Shown: positions 12,001 through 24,000 of the stretch, in pieces | How positions within the stretch are numbered: the stretch's first letter is position 1 | Layout of the letters: the number at the start of each line of letters is the position of its first letter | Source of the DNA: Candidatus Omnitrophota bacterium | GTDB taxonomy: Bacteria > Omnitrophota > Gorgyraeia > Gygaellales > Profunditerraquicolaceae | DNA length: 64,000 nucleotides | Direction of reading: 5' to 3' | Assembly: GCA_016208765.1 (NCBI GenBank) | Contig: JACQXK010000038.1 | Coordinates: forward strand, 14,955 to 78,954 | The notes under the pieces: generated by a model | Told to the model about the DNA's origin: nothing | The model's database searches: none | Seen by the model: only the letters and a program-made list of their open reading frames with translations | Position numbers and translations under genes: made by a program

Positions 12001-15000
12001 CTCCACAACCACCGGCGACGCTGCAGCATTACCCTGCCTCTTCGCCGCTACCATTGCCTGGGCAAGGCTAGCGATAGCCTTAACTTCTTCATTTTCAACC
12101 AAAACACTACTGGCTGAAACATCTACCACAACAGGCTGTCTTGATTGTTGCGCCAATGTTTGCCAAGCCAAAGAAGCAACAGGTTTGCTGGAAAATTCTC
12201 CAGCAAAATAAGTTCTTCTGACGGCCGGATCTCGAAAAGAAAAATGTTGTTTATACTCAAGTTCTGAAGCTCTTGAGCTATAAAGAGGGTTGATTTTCTC
12301 AAAACGACGAGCTGATAATAATTCCCCTGCTTTAGAATAATAATCTATTCCATAGCTATACAAAAATTTGTTTATAAGCTTTACTTCAAACTTATTCCCG
12401 CCAGCTACCACTAGTGCACCTTCAGGTTTTAATGCTTGAGTCATTGCCCAAATAGCTGTTTTTTGTTGTTCTGGTTCCCAGTAGTGTCCAAGCACGTTAG
12501 CAGTTAAAATTAAATCTACACCATCTCTCAATGCTCTTATTCCTCTACCAGCAAAACTTCTAACATCAGGGAAAAGAAGAAAATTATCATTAATCCCAAA
12601 ATCCATTCTTATCCCAACAGGAACTTCTTCTCTTTCCAATCTATCCCGAGCCGATACAAGATGTTTAACAGTATTATCCACACCAATCAGGTCAACATTA
12701 CGATATCCAGCGTCAGATAAAACACGCGCAAATTCAAACACAGTCGGTGCTCCGCTATGGCCAATACCCAAATCAACAATTGTCAAATGCTGTTCAGGAG
12801 CCTTACCGGCGCTCTGTAAATATCCAACTACATCCTGATGCACTAGTCCAAGCCGGCCCGGATAAGTTACACTCTGTGTACGCTTGTTAAGAGTAAACCT
12901 TGTAGCTTGAGCAGTTGGCGAGGAAACTATTGCTGAAGAGGCACTGGCTTTTTTCTGAATATCCACAGCTACTGGCACAGCTTTAACTACTGCATGGTCA
13001 ACTTTAATAGTTCTTACTATATGATTATTTTCACCCCTTACAACAAGGTTGGATGGGTTGCCAACCTTCACAACTTCGCTTACTGCCTTAGGAGAAGCGC
13101 TTTTAACATTATCTGCTAGCGCTCCGGTAACAAGGCCAAATTTTACCCCGCCCGAAATTAAAGCAGCCACTACCACAGGAATAAGGAACTTCACCGGATT
13201 AAATTTAATCTTACCAACGGCATCGCGAGAAATCATTTCATCAACTGTTTCAGAAATAACACCACCGCTATCAATTCCTGACTTAGCGGGCCTTTCCAGA
13301 GTATGCCCTTGAACAATATCAAAAGCGTCAAACCCGATACCAATAACGTTTGCCCAACGAGCAAGTCCTTTTTCCTTAACAACAGAATAACTTGCTCCAG
13401 CAATCTGCATGGCGTTTCCTACCTGACTCACTGCTCCACCGAAGAAAACATCAAGCGGAGTGCCAAGAGTAATCGCCAACTGCGATAACCAAGCGCCTTT
13501 TGAGCTGTTATTTCCAGAAACTAAATCTATAGTTCTTACTGCAGTTCCCAAGCCGGCAACTGTTGTTAATAAACCACCCTGTACATACGAGAGAATTTCA
13601 ATAGATGGAGCATGATCAATAGCAAACATACTACCTAATACACCGACGGAAGTTAAAGATAAACCTGCAGCAGTCCATCTTAATCCCTTACGCAAATCAT
13701 TAGAATTAATTGCTGAAGAAGACTGGTTAATTATATTTCTTGGAGAGACATAAGCGGCAACAATAGATGTTACAACTGGTGTTGCAATAGGAGCCGATAA
13801 AACAACTTCTTTTTTACCAGTAAGTGCTGTTAATACAGCTGAGGAAACGATAATTTTCTTATCTACGGCCTGATTATTTTCTGGAGGCTGAACAAAGAAT
13901 GCTGCGCGTTTTAACAAATTAATTAAGCTTGAATCTTTAACCTCTTGCAGAGATCTTATTAATGGCACCAAAGGAGCATTGTCTTTTTGCTTGGTAAATT
14001 GGGTTGCTTTAACAACTGCCGGGCTGGCCTTAACAACTCTTTCTATCTGCTGATTTTCGTCATTTAAAATAAAGTTTGAAGGTCTGCTCACCTGCACAAC
14101 CCTGCTTACTGCTTTTGGAGTAGCACCAGAAACATTATTTGCCAATGTTCCGGTAACAGGACTTAATTTTACTCCACCAAAAATTATTACTGCTAATGCC
14201 AAAGGAATAAATAACTTTGCCAGATAAGACTTCATTCTTCCAACAGATGAAAAAGTTGCTCTTTGTGCGCTTGCAGGAGTTACTGATGGGATTACCACAG
14301 GGGTTACTACTGGAACAGTAATTGCTTGTTCCGGCGGGCTGCGTCCGCGGGAAGCTTCTATTGCTGCGCTAACTACCTTTTGTGCTTCAGGAATTCCCAC
14401 TTTGTCGGTGGCTGATAAAGGCACATCGGAAGACGCATTTTCTTTTGAATCAGAAAGCGCCGCTAATACAGATGAGGAAGCGATAATCTTTTTATCTTTA
14501 GCACTCTCTACTTCCGGAGGAAGGCCATAAACTGGCTTGCGTTTTAAATTCATAATAATAGGAGAACTTGTATCATCATCTTCCTCTGGCTGCTGGCCAT
14601 TAGTTTGAGCTGTTGGCGTAACAAACTTAATCTTATTTCCATTGGTACACTGCACAAAATCAATAATATAATCCATTGCTTCACCAGTATTTTCCATTTC
14701 AAGCATTCTTTCAGATAAGCTTAATAATGAATTCCCTCCCTGATTAATGGTTCGCTGGATTAAATCCTGAATATTATAGCTTCCCGGGCAGAATTTAGCT
14801 AAGTGCAAATTTTTATCTTGATCTAAAAAGTGCAATAAATCAACCATGCTATAATATTGAACCAAAGCTTCATTTAAACCCCACTCTGTAATACCTAAAT
14901 CTACACGTTGAAATTCTTCATTATCTAACCCCAATCTATTCTGAAATTGGTTTAAAAAGCCTTCGTATTGTAATCTGGTATTATTATCTATTATACGCCT

Positions 15001-18000
15001 CGTATCGTGCTGCACATAATCAATTACACTGTGATGCAACTCATGAGCTCCTCCGCCAACGTTATACTCGCCTACAACATTAGTCGTAACAGAAAGTCTT
15101 CCTCCTGAGGAAACCTTATAATTAAAATTCATTGCAGCATCAAGTCTAAAATCGCCAGTTTCCTTATCCACCTGTGCCGGGGTAACCGCATTAGTTTCTT
15201 CATTTCTGATACTATTTGCCGGCATCAAGTTTACCCTGCCTCTTTTACCCCTCATTGCTGCCTGCCACATTCCAACCCCCCATCTTTCATCAACTGCCGC
15301 CTGACCTCTTGCTATCAGAATCTCTGCTTTTCTCTGAAGAGATGGACGCATTGCCGCTGAAACTTCTTCTGGAGTAGAGGTAAAAAGTGCTAAACCGCGG
15401 ACATTATTTAAAGCTGCTCGATACTGAGTTATCATATCATTTAATGCTGCTTGTCTTGTTTGAACCATTTCTGTAGTTAATGCAATAGGTCTCCCATTTC
15501 GTAACCGATTTTCCGATCCCCTAGCATTAGAACCTTCTGTCAACCTCTTGTTTAGAACATTTTTTGCATTTTCAGCGTTGTATATTTTCTTCTTTAAATA
15601 ATCAATCGCTTGTCCCCTGCTAAACACATTCACCCTGCCTGCCATTCCATTAGGCGAAAGTATTTCCTGCAAAATTTCGCTTAATTGCGATGCTTTAGAT
15701 GGGGATAAAAATGCCCCAAATGGCAAGAAATTTAAAGCCGCCTGAATAAACTGTTCAGTTACTGTCTCTTCAACAGTTCCAGTTACCACCATGCTATAAA
15801 GCCGCTGCCCAATAATCTTTCCTGCTCCCAAAGAGCTTTCTCTTGGAGAAGATTTTAACAACATCCCGGCACCCAAAGTTTCTTCTACTCCTTTACCTAT
15901 TGCCTGAAATTTATATCCGAAGTTGCGCCACTTAATCGCCCCAAAAGCTGATTCTGCAAAAGGCTGTAACCCCGCTAAAGTTGCCGAGAAAATTAAATTA
16001 GTTCTATCTACCTTCTTAAAGAAACCGCTTAGTGTCTTTGGTGCCTGGTCAAATGAATCTACTTTTATATCACCAATCTTCTTCTTATTATCTTGAATAT
16101 TGTCACCCTCTGCGTAAGAACCAAATAACCCGGCAAAATATGCTCTCTCAGCAATCCTACCAGCAACCCTTAGCTTGCTTTCGAAACTCCCTGCTTTATC
16201 AAACGCACCCAACAAAACTGCATATTTATCTCTGCTTGCCGGGCCTTTGCCCTGTTTTGATTCTTCAGGCGTAATCCAGAAAGCTCCGTAAGTAAAATTC
16301 AACAGCGATTTTTCCCAATCTCCATATGCTGCAGGAGAAATGTATGTTTTAGTAAAAGCTGATAAAGACTCCACTACTCCTTGTAACGGAGCAATTACAG
16401 TAAACAAATTAATCATCGTTCCTCTTAAAGCAAAATCCCAAGCTATACCTTTAGTTCCTGCTAAACTAAGTCCGGCCACTTGCCGCGAAGTTTTATCAAG
16501 AAATGAATCCCTTAATCCCGGTATACGGGAAGCTACAGATGCAACCAAATTAACTGTTCCTAGCCATTTCATACCAGTACCAATTCGCCCAACAATTAAT
16601 CCTAAATCCGCTCCATTTTCACCAATTGTTGCACCTTTTAAACCGAATGTACCCTCTACAGCCCCCCAATGCTCTAATCCATAACCTGCGCCAATCATAA
16701 GGGTAGAAGAAATTATCGGATGCTCTACACCAAATAAATGTATATCACTTAATTTAAATTTACCAACCTTAGAAACAAAATAAAGAGCCGGCAAAATCAT
16801 CATTGCCTTGCCAATATTTTCCCCATATTTTGTACCAGAGAAGCCGTATGTCGCTAAACCAGTCAATGCTGTAGCAACAGGAATAACAAATTGCGGGCTA
16901 CTAACAGATTTCCAGAAAGTTGTGGCTCCGGCATTAACTCCTCCTACCGCGCTACTGGCATGTCCTTCTCCCGGAGGAACGCCGCCTTTTCTCCTCGAAC
17001 TAAATACCCAATCCCACATTTTTTCCCCGCCATTAATTACATTTTCTCTAATACCTTTTGCTGCGCCGCGTCCAAAACCTATCTGAGGCTCTAACGGGCC
17101 TTTAATATAAGTTTCGCGCGCAATAAGGCCAATTTTAGTTGCACCCAGCATATTAGCGCCTAAAAATAAAGCGTAGCGCCAATGATTCAACTTACCAGCT
17201 TCTTTATATTTATATGGGTAAACTTCTAATTTCTTACCATCTCTTTCTACCAATACTTTCTCTTTTGTTGTATCTAACTTTTTCTGGCCATATTCATCTT
17301 CCTCAATCATAAAAACTTTCTGCTCTTCAAAAAGATACGGCCGGGTTGCCTCAGCAAAGTCAGGTTTTCTTTTCTGTGGATCAAGCTTCCAAGCCCATTC
17401 CTCAAGCTTGCCATCAACCATTTTCTTTGTTCCATAAAATAGCGCAGCACCAGAAGCTAAATTGCCAGCTAATAATCCTGCTTGGCCAGCTAATCTTAAT
17501 ATTGGGAATACATTGCGCAAACCAACTCCAAATGCTGCACCAGCAATAACATCTGTTTTCCAACCATCGCCAAACAATTCTCCTGTAAGTTTATAATTCG
17601 CATAAATTCCACTTGCTACACCAAGAGATATATAAGGAGCATAATATGCTACACTGTGACCTAAAGCCTTCCATCCTTCTAATCCATTAGCCACAGTACC
17701 AAAATATTTTGCTTCAGTCCTCCCCAACAACGACCTCTCTAAAGCAGATTCAGTGGTACCAGGAAGACGTTCCTTCCTAGCAACAAAAGCTCTTGAGCTC
17801 AACACACCAGACAAACTTTTCATCATTAATAATCCACCGATACCAGCAAGCACTAATCCGGCGTCTGCCACATAATTCCATGACTCTGAGGGCTTATCTT
17901 TAGGACTATTACTCATTCCCCATCTATATAAACCATATCCTCCGACAATCATCCCAACTGAAGTACCAATAGCCCAGCCTCTTCTGCTGTTATATTTCGC

Positions 18001-21000
18001 TTCCTTTTCCCCTAAACTATTCCAGAATTTACCTGCCCTGGTTTTTCCTAATTCCCCGGAAACTAAACCTAAAGAATTAAATACCGCGCTCAACCCAAAA
18101 GCACCTTTAGCTACAGTATCCATACTATAAGCCATAGCAGTTACCTGACGGGAAACATCCTCCAGGCTAAACTGCCCGCCGCTCATAGCATTACCTACAA
18201 AAGTAGAAAATACCGTATTCCAGACTACTAAATTTGCTGCATCACTATGAGTCTTTACAAAAACAGCTCCTAACCGCTGCGTAAACTTATAGTTTGTTAT
18301 TCTTAGGCCGGTATCGGTACCAATAAGTTTATATGTCTGGCCTTTTAATAGTCCCTTTGGAATATTAAAATACTCCGATTCGCTTATTCTAGTAGCCATT
18401 GTTTTATATCCCTTAGTAGCCCCTATTAAACCACCCAAGAACATACCCCACTCTGCACCAGTTGCAGTAGGCACTTCGCCTGTTTGGTCAATCAACATCT
18501 GTTTTGCATGGTCCGCAAAAGAAATTAAACCATGTAAAGTATCCAAAGGATGTGCTGCTGCAGAAATAGAATAACTTCCGCTTGCTGCCTGCGCAAAAGT
18601 ATCTGCAAAAGAATAAAGATAAGCGCCTACAGCCGCGCGCATCCAGCCAAAACTGCTATTCTGCTGCACATCTCTTAAATAATCAGTTACCTGCTTTCTT
18701 TCTTGCATTTTCAATTGGTCAATTACTGCATTAGTTTTGCTGTAACTACGTTGCCCGGAAAATACGCCTATAAAATTTCTACCAGAATTAACTAATACAC
18801 CCCTTAATACTGGTCCCAAGAAATCCAAATTCCCGCCCTTAACAGACTCAGCAACTACCCTGCCGTTTGCATCCAAATCATATTTTACGCCGGCAAGATC
18901 ATATTTTGCAAGAGCAGTAGAAACAGTTAGAGGATGAGTAAGAAGACGCACCGCACCATTGCCAAACAAACGAAGCTTAGAAATCTCATTAGTTTTTTCA
19001 CTTACTTTTAAGAAAATGTTCCCTGTGGCAAAAGATGGCTTAAGCAATGCCACTCCGCCCCAGCGCGCAACTAAACCTAACCCTGCGCCTTTAAGCGCGT
19101 TAGACCAAGTGTGGCCTTCTTTTGTGAAAAACGGGTAAATCCCAGCGCCGGCAGCAGACCAACCAGCACTATAAATTAAATTACCTCTTAGAGGCGTTTT
19201 CCAAATCCATTGGAATGTCGCACTTTTTTCCGCCTCATTCAAACCTAAACCAAAAAGTCTTGCTGAAGACACATAAGATAAATACGCAATATTGCGCGCA
19301 ACGAAGCCAACAGCAGCGCCCTCAAGAAAGTTTCTTCCACTCCAGCCATTAACAGCGCTATTAATCAACCCGCCCGCACCTGCCCAACCTAAAGAATAAC
19401 CAATATGTGCAGCGCGGCTTGCTTTCTGCGCTCCAATAAGATAGCTCATTCCCTTGCCTAAAGCCCCAACTCCTCTTAATTGCCCAACCGCAGACGGAAT
19501 ATATCCCGAAGCTAAAGATACAGCTCCCTCACCAAAAGTCAGCGGTCTACCGGAGCTGGCAATACTTCCGGCATTACCAAGGGCGTATGAAGCATACGCA
19601 AAAGTTGCTCCACTTTCTAGCGTCCTGCCAGATGCAGCAATAATTTGTGTGGCAACTCCTGCCACTCTTGCAAGACGACTTGCCTGAACAACATTTACCG
19701 CTGCCTCAGTAAAATCCATTGCCCCAGCTCCAACACCAGCGCCACTAACAACCGAAGCAGATGCTCTGGCAAATTGAGCTGCTTTTCCTAAAGCAGCCGG
19801 AGCAGCACCCAAAACACCAGCAGTAACTCTTTCAGACCAAGTTAACGTTTCACCAGTAAGCCCGTATTTTAATATTTCCGCTCCGGCAATAGAATATGCT
19901 GCGGCTCCGGCAATCATAATTAAAGATACACCTGTAGGAGCGCCTACGCCAGTTGCAGACAAAACTGTCCCAGCGACATAAGCTGCTGCTGCTCCACCGT
20001 ATATTGCCGCAGATCTTGTTGTTACCGCATCATCCACTACCGCGATCGGTATATAACCGTGTTTTAATGCCCTTTCAGCAAATGCTCCCATAAATACCCG
20101 CTGCGCCTGCGCATAGGATGTCCTTAAAGCATAATTATTGAATACCCTAACTTCACCTGAGCTTACATCAATATCACTAAAACTTATATATTCCATTATC
20201 CCGGTTTGTGGGTTTATCACCAATAACTTGCGGCTTCTCTCAGAATCACTCCTCCAAAAAGCCATTTGGCCACGCCAGGAATCAGTAGTATTAAACAAAG
20301 CTACCATATTCTCTGCTGCCCTTGGATTATTAGATAACATTTCACGCAGAACTTTTCCCCGCGTCTGTACACTTAATGCCTCAGTAGACGCCAAAAGCGT
20401 GCCGCTATTAGCTTCTTTTCTTGTCTTTCTTTCAAGCCATTTCATTTTTCCGTCGGCAGAACGATAACAATCATAGGCAAAACCAAGCTGCTGAAGCCAC
20501 GGCTGCAGAGTATAACGAGTATCGCCTATCTGAATATACTGCTCAAATACACCTCTATTAAGACTACGAACCCATCGCCCTTTTTCTCCGGAAGCAAAAG
20601 CAACATCTTCTGACAACTGAGTGCCACTCGCATTTGCCAGGCTAACATAAAACAACTTATTTGAATATTGCGCGCCAGATAAACAAAGATACCTAACGCC
20701 GTCAATTTCTGTCTCTCCTTTTACATATACCCGCGCGCCATTAAACATATAAGCCATTTCGCCTTGCGGAGTTTTTACCTGCCTTAAACCAGTGCCCGGA
20801 AGCACTTCCAAGCCGTAAGGCATATAATCGGTCAAAAGCGGAGCGCCAACCTCTGTTTTCTTTCTTGTCTTGCCCTCTTGATAAGAAATGCTTAATTGAT
20901 TACCATCCTGAGTTACGATCACCTTATCTAAATCTCCAGCAGCTTGGGCTTTAACTACAATATTCATTATGCTGGTTAACCCTGCGCCTAATTGAATATT

Positions 21001-24000
21001 AAATTTATTTGCTATATTGGCATACTGTATTGCCCTAGCTTTGTTATCCACTCCGCCGGCAGCAAGATAACGCGAGACTAACATACAGGCAAGATCTGGG
21101 AATATATTGGTTGGGCCAAATTGCTCTGCTTTAGCAAGGTAAGCACTTCTTGTAACCGGATCAACTGTGCGTTTTGCCATTTCTGTGTAATACATCTGCA
21201 TTACATGAAATCCAGATAAGCTTTTTCCATTAGCCGCGTTAAACTCAGAGGTAGTCAAATGCAATAATTTTCCATCTTTATATACCACAATTCTCACAGT
21301 ACCCTTGTTACCCGGAAGCCCGTCGTACGCTTCAGGCCTCGTGATTAATTCTCGCACATCAACAATTCTACCCTTACTATCTACTGTAGTTTCTCTATGA
21401 GTTAAATCCACTGGTATCAATTTACCGTCTTTATTTCTAAACAATCCCGCCACATGCGGCTCTTCCAGGCCATCTATAATCCCCGAGGTAACCCTGCCTT
21501 TAAGCCCGGTTAACTCAGCCAATTGATAAAAAAGAGTAGTTGCAGCAACACAATTGACTTTTCCAGTACTTGGATCTTTGAGCTCTTTTGTTAAAGCAGT
21601 GTTAAGCAAAATAAATGCTTTTATAAAAGCGACCTTGTCTTCTTCTGTTTTCTTTAAACCTCTTAGAACACCATCAAGATCTTGCCAGCTTGCTTTAGCG
21701 CCATTCGTATCCAACCATTTCAACGTCAACATAACTAATCTATCAGCGCCTTCTTCTTTAGGGATCGGCCTCCCTCTATTTGCCTTTATAAAATTCCTTA
21801 GCCACTGATCAAGATTCTGTTCCTTTCCTAAAGCACCTAAAGCAGCTAACGGATCAAAAGCCCCCTGCTCAAATTCAGGCATGACTAATTGGCCGTCTCT
21901 AACTTTAAAAACTGCTCCACCTTGGCTAATCGCTCCACTTGATATTTGACCATTGGAATCAAAGGAAACTTTACTAGAACCATCAAAAACTAAATCATTA
22001 CTTCCAACTACCTTGCCATCTTTATCAAGAATTGCCTGATATTTCAAATTACCCTTAAAGCCATTACTAACAATTTCATAATTTCTTAAGTCTTGAGATA
22101 TTGATCCGCTAAAATTATAATTAAGACGAGTTAAGAAATTAGAGGAGGCTCCAGAGACCTTGCCATCAACACCTAAACTTAAAGTATTCAACCCCCTGTT
22201 TGCTGCAACAGGCTTTTCTACTTTGTCTTCACCCACACCAGTTTCCTGCTGACCACCAGTTGTTTGAGCATAAAGAGCCTGTTTTCCATTAGCTAAGGTC
22301 ACGCTTACCTGCTTAGTGCCATCTCCTTCAACTCCAGTAACCGCTCTCCATTTACCAGGTTCAGTCATGAATCTGGCTGATGTATCTATTCCTTTAATAT
22401 TACCTGCTGCATCCCAACTTACTCTCTTGGCAAATTCACCTAAAGCTCTTTTCTCATAAACATCAGTAAATAATGCTGTGTATTTCTTACCATCTAATGG
22501 CTGCCAGTAACCTGCATGTCCGCCTTTTATCTGCCCCTTTGCATCAAAAGATACTTGTTCTCCTTTTGTTCCAGTAAAGGTTAGACCGCCGTCGGCAGCA
22601 GCATAAGAAACAGCATCTTTATCTCTAAATTGTCTAACAAGATTTTTATCTCCTTTATACCCTTGATTAACTACTGTATAATTCCTTAAATCTTGGCTGA
22701 TAGAACCACCAAAGTTATAGCTTAATCCTGCGATATAGTTTGAAGATACACCGGATAGATTACCATCAACACCTAAATGCATTGTCTGCGCATGGCGGGC
22801 TGTAGCAGTAGCAGAACTCTCTTTATCTTGAGGAGAAGCGTTGGTTTCCTGGCCCTGAGATCTTTCGCCAAACCAGGCCTGTTTTCCATTAGCTAAGGTC
22901 ACGCTTACCTGCTTAGTGCCATCTCCTTCAACTCCAGTAACCGCTCTCCATTTACCAGGTTCAGTCATGAATCTGGCTGATGTATCTATTCCTTTAATCT
23001 TACCATCTAATGGCTGCCAGTAACCGCCAAGCTTGGTTTCAAGGGTACCATCTGCATTAAAAACAGCTTTATCTCCTGCCCTCACAAAAGCTAAGCCACC
23101 TTTTGCCAAAGAATCATTATTTCTGCTCAGCTGAACTGTCAAAGATGCATCCCCAGAAAAAGTTGAATGCAAAGTTGAATTTCTGAAATCTCCAGACAAA
23201 TTCATAGAGGCAGAATTAAGCTGAGACACAGAAATGTCTGCTATCTGCACACCAGAAGATCGAAGAACGCCAGAACGTTTGGATAATGTTAGCTCCCTAT
23301 GGCTATAACTTACCTTATTATTATCATTACCTGATTCGTCTTTCCTGAGTTCCGGCTGAGGTGTCTGTGCCAAAACCAATTCATTATCTCCGCCAAATTG
23401 CAAATATGGTTTCCCTGCGGCATTAACTCCAGCCACCAAATCCTGCACCGAACCACCAGGCATAGTTAAACTTCTTACTTTAAAATCAAGCCATTTCTTA
23501 CCACCATCCTCTACCCAGAAACTTACACCTTTAAGTGTTACATGCCTTAATGCCACATTATTTCTATCAGTCAAATCCACATAATAATTTCCCGACGCAT
23601 TAATTCCTCTCCACCCTGACTGGAATCCTCTATCTTTAACAAATCCATTTTCATTTAACGTAAATGTCTGCCCCTTTAAAGAACCGCCGTCTTTACGCGC
23701 GGCGGCAATAATTGTTCCTGTCCTACCTTGTTCTCCGGAAACAAACTCTCTAATATCACTTCCAATTGCATGCCTCGTATTCTCAAACATCGGCGAGAAG
23801 TTGATGTTGGTGCCGAGGTTAGCAGAATTAACTTCAAAGATTGCTGCACGCTGCAAGCCGCCAGAAGCGCCCTTTGAATGATATCTTTCTGTATCGCTCT
23901 TTGGATTAATTTCTTTGGTGGACCAAGATGTAATAGGTAAAGTTTTAATGTCGGCTTGCTTATTCTGCGCGCTGTCTTTTTCATCAAATTTAATTTCTTC

